From positions 85,848 to 149,847 of the forward strand of contig CAJWUJ010000002.1 of NCBI GenBank assembly GCA_913047625.1: a DNA stretch of 64,000 nt. Direction: 5' to 3'. The notes under the pieces were generated by a model. The model searched no databases. It saw nothing but the letters and a program-made list of their open reading frames with translations, and was not told the DNA's origin. Each line of letters starts with the position of its first letter. The first letter of the stretch is position 1. This DNA is from an uncultured Dehalococcoidia bacterium (GTDB taxonomy: Bacteria; Chloroflexota; Dehalococcoidia; Lucifugimonadales; CAJWUJ01). Of this stretch, positions 32,455 to 41,373 are shown in pieces. The translations under genes and the position numbers were made by a program.

Positions 32455-33540
32455 GTGATGACTACATCTGGAGAACGTCGGTCTACTCATCCGTTCTATA
32501 TGTATGAAGCTATTCATGATCAACCTCGCGTGATAGCAGAACTGCTGGATCGTGAAAAGGATGCGGTTATTTCAGCTGCAGGTATGCTAAAAGAGTCCTC
32601 TCGGATTCATTTGGTTGGGATTGGTACTTCATGGCATGCATCGTTAGTGGCAGAGTACATGTTTAAAACGTTTGGGCAGAGGATTGATGCATGTGCTTGG
32701 AATGCTTTTGAATTTTGCACGAAGACACCTCCATTGAGTAAAGAGGATATAGTTATTGTTTTTACGCATCGCGGGTTCAAGCTCTACCCGATACAAGCTC
32801 TTGATATAGCGAAAGCGAGTCCCTGTAAAGTTATTGTAATTACTAGCACAGAATCGAAAGTTGATTTAACCAAGATTGATCAAGTCATTTACACAAGCTA
32901 TCCTGATCCATCATCTGCGTTCACCGTAAGCCATACAGCAGCTATGACGATTGCCTGTATGCTGGTTACCCACTTAACTGGTAACTCCATGTTGGTTAAT
33001 GCCCTGCATCAGCTTCCGGCCGCAGTCGCAAAAAGCCTGGAAAGTGATGAGCAAATAAAGAGTCTCGCTCAGAACTATAGAGACAGTACATGGTTTTGCT
33101 TTGCTGGATGGGGATCGAATAGTGCAACTGCATATGAGGTAGCACTGAAAATTAATGAAGCAGCGTATTCCGTGACTACAGGTTTTCAGCTTGAGCAGTT
33201 TTTGCATGGGCCGTTTGTAGCTATGACTACAGGCTGTTTTCTAAGTCTTATAATTCCTGGAGAAGCTGGGCGTGCACGGTCAATAGAAATTGCTAGGGCT
33301 GCTAAAACCGTAGGGGCGGATGTCATTGCTTTGAGTGGCGGTTCCGACAGTAATCTTACCGAAGTAGTAGACGATGTTATTGAATTACCGGTTGTACCTG
33401 AAATTTTGGAACCCATAGTGTATTTGGTTCCTTTGCAACTATTTACATACTGGTTAGCTGTTTCATTAAAAAGGAATCCTGATGTATTCCGTTTGGATGA
33501 TCCCAAGCGTCAGGCTGCGAGAAAACTGTACACTCTATAG
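32455..33540 (+). CDS. Double-SIS sugar-phosphate isomerase/deaminase (GlmS isomerase-domain-like, no glutaminase domain)
   Basis: EAIHDQP, GIGTSWHA, EVALKINE, QFLHGP, PLQLFTY...NPD. Confidence 0.85.
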   Translation: MMTTSGERRSTHPFYMYEAIHDQPRVIAELLDREKDAVISAAGMLKESSRIHLVGIGTSWHASLVAEYMFKTFGQRIDACAWNAFEFCTKTPPLSKEDIVIVFTHRGFKLYPIQALDIAKASPCKVIVITSTESKVDLTKIDQVIYTSYPDPSSAFTVSHTAAMTIACMLVTHLTGNSMLVNALHQLPAAVAKSLESDEQIKSLAQNYRDSTWFCFAGWGSNSATAYEVALKINEAAYSVTTGFQLEQFLHGPFVAMTTGCFLSLIIPGEAGRARSIEIARAAKTVGADVIALSGGSDSNLTEVVDDVIELPVVPEILEPIVYLVPLQLFTYWLAVSLKRNPDVFRLDDPKRQAARKLYTL

Positions 33541-33567
33541 GATAGAACTATAAAAAGGAGCTTCACA

Positions 33568-34569
33568 ATGGATGGTAAACGGTTAGGAGTAGCCGCAATG
33601 GCAGGCAGTTCCGCGGAAGTTGTTTCACGGATTGAGCTGTTTGAGCAAATGGGTATTTCAGCCGCGTGGCTGACTACTGGTGGCACTATGCCGGATGGGA
33701 TTACATTGTTCTCGGCTGCAGCAGTGAAAACAAACAAAATCCTTATGGGAACGTGTATTACACCTACCTATCCCCGGCATCCTCTTACGGCAATACAACA
33801 GATAAGAGTCGTTACGAGTTTAGCACCAGGAAGATTTCGCTTAGGATTAGGTCCCAGTCATCGAGTCATAGTGGAACCAACCTATGGATACTCTTTCGGC
33901 AAGCCAATTACTAATTTGAAGGAGTATATACATATTATTCGGTCGTTAATTAATCACAATGAAATTGATTTTGATGGGCATGAATGGAATGCCCATGCTC
34001 AGTTTGGGCCTGACTTTGATTCTGGCGAACGGGATGCATTAGCTCAAATGCCGATTATGGCTTCCGCTTTACGTCCCAAGTCGTATGAAGTTTGTGGCGC
34101 AGTATCGGATGGGGCAATCAGCTGGGTCTGTCCTGGGGAATACTTAAATAGCATTGCTCTACCGTCTCTAGAGTTGGGAGCACAACAAGCAGGGAGGGCA
34201 ACTCCTCCTCTTGTTGCTCATGCTCCAGTCTGTGTTCACGATAATCTTGAAGAAGGAAGAATAGCAGCAAGAGAGCAGCTCGCCCGATATCCAAAGTCGC
34301 CTTTGTATCAGGAAATGTTTGCCGAATCAGGTCACCCTGAGGCTAGGAACGGTTTATGGAGTGATGGGATGCTGGATGATGTGGTGTTTATTGGTGACGA
34401 GGAAACAGTTACTTTTAAATTAAAGAGACTCTTTGATCTAGGGGCAACGGAGATCATTGCACATCCTGTGGTTGCAGGTGGTGATCAATCCCAATCTCTT
34501 CAAAGAACACTTAAGTTACTTGCTAGTTTGTGTAAACGCTTGGACGAACAGAACGAATTCTCATTATGA
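33568..34569 (+). CDS. LLM-class flavin (probably F420)-dependent oxidoreductase
   Basis: PTYPRHP, GRFRLGLGPSH, ASALRPK. Confidence 0.88.
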   Translation: MDGKRLGVAAMAGSSAEVVSRIELFEQMGISAAWLTTGGTMPDGITLFSAAAVKTNKILMGTCITPTYPRHPLTAIQQIRVVTSLAPGRFRLGLGPSHRVIVEPTYGYSFGKPITNLKEYIHIIRSLINHNEIDFDGHEWNAHAQFGPDFDSGERDALAQMPIMASALRPKSYEVCGAVSDGAISWVCPGEYLNSIALPSLELGAQQAGRATPPLVAHAPVCVHDNLEEGRIAAREQLARYPKSPLYQEMFAESGHPEARNGLWSDGMLDDVVFIGDEETVTFKLKRLFDLGATEIIAHPVVAGGDQSQSLQRTLKLLASLCKRLDEQNEFSL

Positions 34570-34593
34570 AGAATTGAATCTCTGAGCGAATAG

Positions 34594-35835
34594 TTACTGC
34601 TGGCTGATACGATCAGGTTTACGTAACACAACAATGGCAAGACTGAGTGCGAGAAATAACAGGCCGCTTATCATCAACGCGGTGGATACCCCTGCATAAG
34701 ATGAGAGTGCTCCTGTAAACAAACCTCCGATTGAAGTGATTCCCCAGCTTAACTGATGGATGCTCATGACTCTTCCCCGGTACTGATCCTCCACACTTTG
34801 TTGGATAAAAGCATTGTTTGACGTTCTGAATACTGCAGTGAACAAACCGAGGATGCAGATTGCTGCTACCGAGAATAATAATGTTGTTGTTTGGGAAAAT
34901 AAAATCAGCCCTGCACCAGTTCCAATTGCTACTATAGATTGCACTGTCCAAGGACTAGTTTTAGCTTTTAAGAATCCTGTTGTTCCTGTTCCTATAATGC
35001 CCCCAATACCGAGACCAAAAAGTAAAGTACTGTAGCTTTCTACTTCACCAGAGAGAATCTGATCTACAAATGCTGGAAGTACCGTTGTAAACGAATAACC
35101 GAAAATCCCGCCACTCGCTGATAGAAGGAGTAATCCAGAAATGAGGCGGTGATGTCGGACATATGAAAGCCCGGCCAGAAGGTTTTCCCACGTTGACCCT
35201 ATTGCTTGAGATTCTCGAACTTTGAGTTGTTTCATCATGAACAATGTTATAACCGTAACGACGTATGTGACGCCTATAACTATAAAGATGCTTGCTATAC
35301 CCAAGGTGCTAACAAGGGGACCAAAGAAAGCGGGGCCAATAACTGATGAAGCGCCAAAAATAATGGAATAGAGAACAATTGCTTCTAGCAATCGGGATTT
35401 GGGGACGATATCAGCAATAATAGACTGTCGTGCCGGTATGTCGAATGCCAGAAGCATACCTGTAAGAAATGCGATTGTGATGAGCAGCCATGGGGTCATG
35501 AGATTAGAAATAATAAGAGCTGCTGTTACAAAAGCTTGAAGAGCAAATAGGGATCTAGTAAATCGAATGGTTTGAAGACGGTTAAATTTATCGGCAAGAA
35601 CACCTCCCCACATAGAGAATATAAGGATTGGAATAGTGTTAGCGAACGTTAATAGTCCCAGCATTGTTGCTGAACCAGTGAGAAGATGCATGAGCCATAG
35701 TCTTCCAGAGATAAGGATCCACATGCCTAGGTTGGAGAAAACGGCACCTATCCAAAACAGTCGATATTCTCTTTCTCTAAGGATGCTAATGATCGAAAAG
35801 GACTTTTGTATAAAGTAGGAGAGAATATTAAACAT
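34594..35835 (-). CDS. MFS transporter
   Basis: About 12 hydrophobic segments, GGVLADKFNR, FDIPARQS, YRGRVMS. Confidence 0.92.
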   Translation of the reverse strand: MFNILSYFIQKSFSIISILREREYRLFWIGAVFSNLGMWILISGRLWLMHLLTGSATMLGLLTFANTIPILIFSMWGGVLADKFNRLQTIRFTRSLFALQAFVTAALIISNLMTPWLLITIAFLTGMLLAFDIPARQSIIADIVPKSRLLEAIVLYSIIFGASSVIGPAFFGPLVSTLGIASIFIVIGVTYVVTVITLFMMKQLKVRESQAIGSTWENLLAGLSYVRHHRLISGLLLLSASGGIFGYSFTTVLPAFVDQILSGEVESYSTLLFGLGIGGIIGTGTTGFLKAKTSPWTVQSIVAIGTGAGLILFSQTTTLLFSVAAICILGLFTAVFRTSNNAFIQQSVEDQYRGRVMSIHQLSWGITSIGGLFTGALSSYAGVSTALMISGLLFLALSLAIVVLRKPDRISQQ

Positions 35836-35856
35836 CCACTTTGATAGGGTTTATTA

Positions 35857-36225
35857 GTGACATGGACATATTCAAACACACATACTACCCTTTGGGAATT
35901 AGATTCTGTATTCTTTATAGCTGTTTCTGATTGTAAGGCTGTGATGGAAATATTGAGCAGGATGATCGAAGATTACGATGATATTGGTAATACGGTTGAT
36001 GAACTTGCTTCATTTTCTGACCCAAGAGAGCCTAACTGGGTCGACGAAAAAGGCCAGATTATTACGGACAAGGGTCCTCAAATGAATTTCGGCAAATACT
36101 CAGGATGCCTCGTATCTGAAGTCAATGATCGCGAATATCTTGAGTGGGTCTTAAGAGCTGATTTCGATGCTTCGGTCAAGGCTGTTATCAAGCAACACCA
36201 GAAAATTTTAACTAATGGAAGCTAA
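35857..36225 (+). pseudogene. C-terminal remnant of a DnaQ-like 3'-5' exonuclease
   Basis: AVSDCKAVMEIL (tail of the ExoIII motif), WVD..G, MNFGKYSG, YLEWVLRADF match the C-terminal half of such exonucleases. ExoI/II motifs are absent. Confidence 0.55.
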
Positions 36226-36336
36226 CGATTCACAAAACGTCGTTTAGGAACTACGATACTTCTTGTAGTTGGTAAGATATTGATCCTTGCTGTAGACTGG
36301 TAGCACCTTATTATTATCCGCGAAGGAGAAATTATC

Positions 36337-37203
36337 ATGGATGATGATCAAACCTTTTTGTTCCTGTTAGCTACCCTTTGGTTTGCGCAAGCGTTATGGG
36401 TGTTGTTTGACGTATCAGAAACTAAAAAACGCTTACCAGTAGCGATAGCATGGGGTCTGGGGTGTTTGGTACTGCCAGTCATTGGAATGATTGGGTATTT
36501 ATTGAAAAAACAAGACGATGTTGCTAAACCTGTAGGCAACATTGTTATGCGGCAATATTGGTTCACAGTGTCGTTTACTTTTTTAGCTATGCTGTTTGTG
36601 GGAGTGGCCCAAACAGGAAGTTCGGTACTGCAAATGGCTTTGGAAAACACGCCAGATAGATCGTTGGGAGTTCGAGAAGATTTAGCATGGAGCCTAGCTG
36701 TAGTTACAATAGCGTTGCCTGCCTGGCTGTTCCATTATATTCGTGCCCGAAGCTATCTTCGTAATTTGGTAAGCGATTATGAATTCCAGGCTACCTTTCT
36801 CATTAGAAAGACGATGCTTGTTGTAACGATGGGAATCTCCGGTTTTCTGGTTATTGGTATTTTGTTTTTCTATGTGTTTGCATTTTTCAGGACGCTCCTT
36901 GGAGTTTCAAATGTACCTGCTGCGGAATACGGAGGACCAATTGCATGGCTAGCCACTGCATCGTTTACCCTTGCTTTTGCATATCTTTTCGTTTACAGGG
37001 GTGCAGAATATAAAGCCTTAGCGAACCGATTTCTTCAAGTGGAAGATGCTCCGGAGGAGCCAGAGGTAGAATCATCATCAACTGAGGGTAATACTACGCA
37101 CACTTCAGTTTGTGGTTCATGCAAGTTATCAGTGGATCCCAGCGATAAATTCTGCGGAGCTCACGGTGTTCCTATTAGTGAGAGTCCGTGTTTATTTAAA
37201 TAG
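36337..37203 (+). CDS. Membrane protein with DUF5671-like segment and C-terminal zinc ribbon
   Basis: About 6 TM helices, LAWSLA...LPAWLFHY, CGSC...FCGAHG. SD GAAGGAG upstream. Confidence 0.6.
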   Translation: MDDDQTFLFLLATLWFAQALWVLFDVSETKKRLPVAIAWGLGCLVLPVIGMIGYLLKKQDDVAKPVGNIVMRQYWFTVSFTFLAMLFVGVAQTGSSVLQMALENTPDRSLGVREDLAWSLAVVTIALPAWLFHYIRARSYLRNLVSDYEFQATFLIRKTMLVVTMGISGFLVIGILFFYVFAFFRTLLGVSNVPAAEYGGPIAWLATASFTLAFAYLFVYRGAEYKALANRFLQVEDAPEEPEVESSSTEGNTTHTSVCGSCKLSVDPSDKFCGAHGVPISESPCLFK

Positions 37204-37227
37204 AAGGAGCTTTTTGCGAGGTTTGTT

Positions 37228-37626
37228 ATGAGTGTTAGTTTCGGTCATGTTCATGTTAAAAGCCCAAATCCTCACGAAACAGCCGCATGGTATATCGAAA
37301 TGCTGGATGCGGAGTACGTCGAAGAAATTGATGTGGATGGAGCACTGTTCGTCCGCATTCGTTTGGGAGGCGTAATGTGTAATGTTTCTAGTCCAGCTCC
37401 TGGGCAACATCTTAATGACTCAAGCATAGATCTTCGATATGGGCTGGAGCATTTTGGTTTACGAGTTGATGATATCGAGGTTGTGATTGCTAAAATGAAA
37501 CAAGCAGGAGTGCCTATTTTACAGGACATAAAAAAAACGACTTCTGGCAACCGTATCGCTTTTGTGCATGGACCTGATAACGTCATGATTGAGTTGAGTC
37601 AGTATCATGCTGGGTTTAAATCATAG
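37228..37626 (+). CDS. VOC (glyoxalase-like) family protein
   Basis: FGHVHV, GLEHFGLRVDD, FVHGPDNVMIEL. Confidence 0.9.
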   Translation: MSVSFGHVHVKSPNPHETAAWYIEMLDAEYVEEIDVDGALFVRIRLGGVMCNVSSPAPGQHLNDSSIDLRYGLEHFGLRVDDIEVVIAKMKQAGVPILQDIKKTTSGNRIAFVHGPDNVMIELSQYHAGFKS

Positions 37627-37631
37627 GATTG

Positions 37632-38255
37632 CTAGGTTGACGGACTACTGTTGATCTGGTTTGGTGTGTTTATACCGCCTGAGAGTACCAAAGACATTGC
37701 GGTTTGAACTGAGAGATCTGTGTCTCGAACTTCTTTCAATGGTAAGAGAGTCACAAATCCAGAGTTCGGTGTTGGTGCCGTTGGAATATAGACGATAGCG
37801 AACGGTTGATCCGCTTCATTCTTAGTGAGCCCAGTGAGGAATCCGATAGACCAAAGGCCTTTCCGTGGATGTTCAATCATAACAACTCTTTTAAACCCGG
37901 TAGTGCTACTGCCTGAAAAAGACTCAATAAGTAAACGTGCCGAAGAGTAAACTGCCCGTACTATTGGAGTTCGTAACAGAAGAGACTGTGAAAACTTAAT
38001 CACTTTTCGTCCCAAAATATTTGCGCTCAATAACCCTGCAAGGTAGATGAGTATGAACAGTGCAATTAATCCTAATCCCGGAATTTCTCTTCCTATGAGA
38101 CTATCAATAGTGGGTTTCAACACACCGTCGATAGCATCAAAGAGGATTTTCAGCAGCAGATAGGTTATTACTATGGGGATTAAGATGAAGAGTCCAGCAG
38201 CAAACACCTTTCGTAAATGTTTACTGCATTTTGATAACATATTTGTAATAATCAC
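37632..38255 (-). CDS. DUF502 family membrane protein
   Basis: AGLFILIPIVIT, PIVRAVY, YIPTAPTPNSGF, VLSGG. Confidence 0.9.
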   Translation of the reverse strand: MIITNMLSKCSKHLRKVFAAGLFILIPIVITYLLLKILFDAIDGVLKPTIDSLIGREIPGLGLIALFILIYLAGLLSANILGRKVIKFSQSLLLRTPIVRAVYSSARLLIESFSGSSTTGFKRVVMIEHPRKGLWSIGFLTGLTKNEADQPFAIVYIPTAPTPNSGFVTLLPLKEVRDTDLSVQTAMSLVLSGGINTPNQINSSPST

Positions 38256-38300
38256 AAGAAAGCCTTCGCTGGACGATATTGGTTTGGAAACTAGCCTAAG

Positions 38301-39143
38301 TTATGCAACGGGCATGGCGTGAGATACTCCGATCATACTATCTCTCGTTACTAATTTGGCAGCTTGGTCCTCTGAGAGACTTTCAACACCTTCAGGTATT
38401 TTGGGAATAACTAAGTAACGTACGTCTGCTGTGCTATCCACTACTCGCAGTTTTACCTGTTCATCTAGGGGTAATCCCATTTCTAAAAGTACCTGTCGAG
38501 GTTCGGCTACGACCCTTTGCCTATACACCATGCTCTTATACCATTCTGGTGGTTCTCCGAGGAGAGCTCTTGGATAACAGGAGCATAACGTACATACCAC
38601 CACATGATGGAGAGTAGGGGTGTTTTCTACTATGCGGAACTCCACATGCTCTTCCAGTGCTATGCCCATTTCACTGATAGCGGAACGAGCATCACTCAGA
38701 AGTCTGTTCTTGTAATCAATATCCAACCATGCTTTAGCCACAACACTGGCTCCGAGAGCGTGCGTGCGTTTTTCGTTGGTTGACACCTGGTCTTGAATTT
38801 CCTGATATGAGGTTATATTTTTAGCTACTAAAAGTGAAGCAAAGGCTCGTACAGCGTTTTCATAGGTTGAATGCTCTGGAATTTGCATAGTATCTATTTG
38901 CTCTTGAATTTCACTTTGCACAAGAACGTTTTTTTCCACGCAAATGGCAATCAATGCCCGAATGCGGTTTTCAAAGTATGGATCATAAGGCGTGTTAAAG
39001 TCCTCTATTGTTCTACGGACTTCGTCTGTAGTCAGGATACTCTGCCGCCGAAGAATTTCACTCAAGGCTATGGCTTGTTTGTCATATTGGGAAAGTTCGT
39101 GTTCGCTGGTATCGATGTATGGACCGTGGTGTACATTAGACAT
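38301..39143 (-). CDS. Cobalt nitrile hydratase alpha / thiocyanate hydrolase gamma subunit with fused N-terminal ScnB-like (beta) domain
   Basis: VVCTLCSCYPR metal motif, VVAKAW, PEWYKS, VTRDSMIGV. The first ~87 aa carry DEVRRTIE...YFE...VEK. Confidence 0.88.
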   Translation of the reverse strand: MSNVHHGPYIDTSEHELSQYDKQAIALSEILRRQSILTTDEVRRTIEDFNTPYDPYFENRIRALIAICVEKNVLVQSEIQEQIDTMQIPEHSTYENAVRAFASLLVAKNITSYQEIQDQVSTNEKRTHALGASVVAKAWLDIDYKNRLLSDARSAISEMGIALEEHVEFRIVENTPTLHHVVVCTLCSCYPRALLGEPPEWYKSMVYRQRVVAEPRQVLLEMGLPLDEQVKLRVVDSTADVRYLVIPKIPEGVESLSEDQAAKLVTRDSMIGVSHAMPVA

Positions 39144-39164
39144 ATTTGCGTACCTCTCAGGGAG

Positions 39165-39458
39165 TTATTTTTTTGGACCGGGACTTAACCAGTGTTCAAA
39201 GATATCCATCATTAGTTCATCCGAAGGCAAGATATCTTTGCTTATTTCCACGTCTGTATACTTGAAGAGAACAGAATAGAGTGTTTGTTCAGGAAGTCCA
39301 TTGTTTCCGTATGCAAGTTGCTCCGGATTCTTAAATTTACCATGAATTTTTTCGATTCGGCCTTCCTTTCCGTAGATATAGCTGGGAGTACGGTGGTGGT
39401 GAGTAACCTTGCGAGATTGAACTATTACAGTATCCCCGATTCCAAACTGTTGTCCCAT
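39165..39458 (-). CDS. SH3-like nitrile hydratase beta C-terminal / thiocyanate hydrolase alpha subunit
   Basis: FGIGDTV, HHRTPSYIYGKEG, NPEQLAYG, LYSVLF, DIFEHWL. SD GGAGG precedes ATG 39458; the ORF track starts at 39479. Confidence 0.88.
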   Translation of the reverse strand: MGQQFGIGDTVIVQSRKVTHHHRTPSYIYGKEGRIEKIHGKFKNPEQLAYGNNGLPEQTLYSVLFKYTDVEISKDILPSDELMMDIFEHWLSPGPKK

Positions 39459-39502
39459 ACAGTTGCCTCCAAATTTCATTGTACTAGAAAACCGGACATT
39501 TA

Positions 39503-39847
39503 TCAGTCAAAAATACTAAGAGGGAATGTGAGTTGAAGAAGGGGCCCTTCCTGATTCATTCCGTACACATCTGTATCTCCTGGACTTCCTGAAGGATAGT
39601 GTCTCTTGAGAGTTGCCTTTATAGCGTGCAAGCTGTCGATATGTTCGAGGACTACTACTTCGCTTTCACTGATGTTATATACTTCGGAAATAGTGCCCTT
39701 TGTTATTAAATTATTATCTTTGATTGCATAATAGCTAGAGGAATCCCGAAATATAATATCAAGGGTGATAAGAAAAGGACCTGCATTCTTACTTCTGATA
39801 ACAGAACAAAGATCTTCTAGATGTACATTATTGGAATCCGACATCAT
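39503..39847 (-). CDS. DUF4387 family protein
   Basis: IRSKNAGPFLITLDIIF, SGSPGDTDVYG. Confidence 0.88.
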   Translation of the reverse strand: MMSDSNNVHLEDLCSVIRSKNAGPFLITLDIIFRDSSSYYAIKDNNLITKGTISEVYNISESEVVVLEHIDSLHAIKATLKRHYPSGSPGDTDVYGMNQEGPLLQLTFPLSIFD

Positions 39848-41245
39848 TTAACCAGCCTGTGTTATTTTGATGTCAAAAAGCTCAAGCGGATCACTTATCG
39901 GCATCTGATGATAAATTGTAGTTTCGAAAGTTTCTCCGACATCGATAACATTTGGTGAAAATAAGTAACCTACATTTCCTGCGGTAGTGGTACGGTCTCG
40001 ATAACGAGAAAATGCTATTTTTAAGGATAAGTCTTCTGCGATGTCATGCGAGAGTTGCTGAGTTTCTGAGACAATATCAAGCACAATGCCGATTTCAGTA
40101 GGATGAGAAGAAAGAGGTTCTCGAAGCCCCAGAACAGCTCCTTTCCCATAAACATGATAACGGATAGAAAATTGGCCAGCGGTTTGAAAACTTGCTTCAG
40201 CACTACGCTTTTCTTGTGCTAGGATTTCATCTATCTGCTCTATCATTCGGTGATTTCGTGCTCCGAGAATTGCTATCGTCCTGTATCCTAAGAAAGACAC
40301 TCCTTCGAGTAAAACCGTATAAGCCTGCTCGGTGAATTTAGTTCCAGAGACTCTAACGGTGCTTGGTGTTTCTTGAGAAAAAACAGTTGCATGTTTTTCA
40401 AGAAGGCCACCAGGGAGTTCTACGATGGCATGTGACTCTCGTTCATACAGTGAATGGGCGGTCGCAGACTCTACGGAACAAATCATCCCAGGATGCCCGG
40501 GCTGAAGAGTAAAGTGATCATCATGCATAGTACCTACAATAGGAATTCTGTTAGGGCCCAAGACTTTTGTAACTCCTGTGGTATCCGTCAAGGCGGATTC
40601 ACCGCATTCCATGATATCGCCCATATGGATGGAGAGTCCTTTGTCAAACCCTAACATTACAGGATACGCACCGATTGCGCATGAATCTGCCGCTCTTCCT
40701 GCGAGCACAACCTGTGCCCCCTGCTGCAGCGTTTCTATGATCGGTTCGACCCCCATCATAGCCACTATAGTTCTCGCCTGTTCCACTTGTTCAGTAGTGA
40801 GTAAGTCACCGAGGAGGGTCGTTGGTACCTTTGGCATTTTTGTGCCTTTGAGAAGGGCGTTTTTTACGGTTTGTTTCTCGATATCTGAATAAATGGTGCC
40901 TACTGGAAAACTGATACTGTTTTCTTGGGCGATTTTCATTACAAGGTCAAGGGTGAAGTCAACGTGAGCATTCGCACCTGATCCTCCCGAAGAGCCAAGG
41001 ATAAAAGGGATACCTCGTTTATGTACTGCTTCCACGAGAATGATTTCCAAATCCCTTCGCAGATTTGTGAGTGGACTGTGCGGTTTGCCAGTTCCTAGAT
41101 ACCAAGGCCCGATGTCGAAAGATCCGCCGTCCACAGCGACAACGTCTGGTTTATTGGCGTCAAGCGCTTCAATAAATGCTTCTTTGAAGATGCCCCTATT
41201 TCCGATACATCCTGTCGGTGTTAAAACGGTTACCGTATTCATCAC
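39848..41245 (-). CDS. AtuA-like (DUF1446, acyclic terpene utilization family) protein
   Basis: DGGSFDIGPWYLG, GSSGGSG, VAMMGVEP, AGRAADS, ECG, HSLYE. Abuts the DUF4387 gene. Confidence 0.8.
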   Translation of the reverse strand: MMNTVTVLTPTGCIGNRGIFKEAFIEALDANKPDVVAVDGGSFDIGPWYLGTGKPHSPLTNLRRDLEIILVEAVHKRGIPFILGSSGGSGANAHVDFTLDLVMKIAQENSISFPVGTIYSDIEKQTVKNALLKGTKMPKVPTTLLGDLLTTEQVEQARTIVAMMGVEPIIETLQQGAQVVLAGRAADSCAIGAYPVMLGFDKGLSIHMGDIMECGESALTDTTGVTKVLGPNRIPIVGTMHDDHFTLQPGHPGMICSVESATAHSLYERESHAIVELPGGLLEKHATVFSQETPSTVRVSGTKFTEQAYTVLLEGVSFLGYRTIAILGARNHRMIEQIDEILAQEKRSAEASFQTAGQFSIRYHVYGKGAVLGLREPLSSHPTEIGIVLDIVSETQQLSHDIAEDLSLKIAFSRYRDRTTTAGNVGYLFSPNVIDVGETFETTIYHQMPISDPLELFDIKITQAG

Positions 41246-41250
41246 AGGCC

Positions 41251-41279
41251 AATATAGCGTGTCAGTCTAAGACCGTCAA
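41251..41279 (-). promoter_or_regulatory. Sigma70-type promoter giving a probably leaderless transcript
   Basis: On the minus strand TTGACG-17 nt-TATATT, ending 5 nt before GTGATG. No SD sequence. Confidence 0.6.
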
Positions 41280-41373
41280 AAGCAGTCTGCTCTCGGGACT
41301 TGATTTACGAGTATATCTTGGAAGTTAGGAAGAAAATCTGTATATTGTGGATATTGGTGGAGGATACGGTTTT

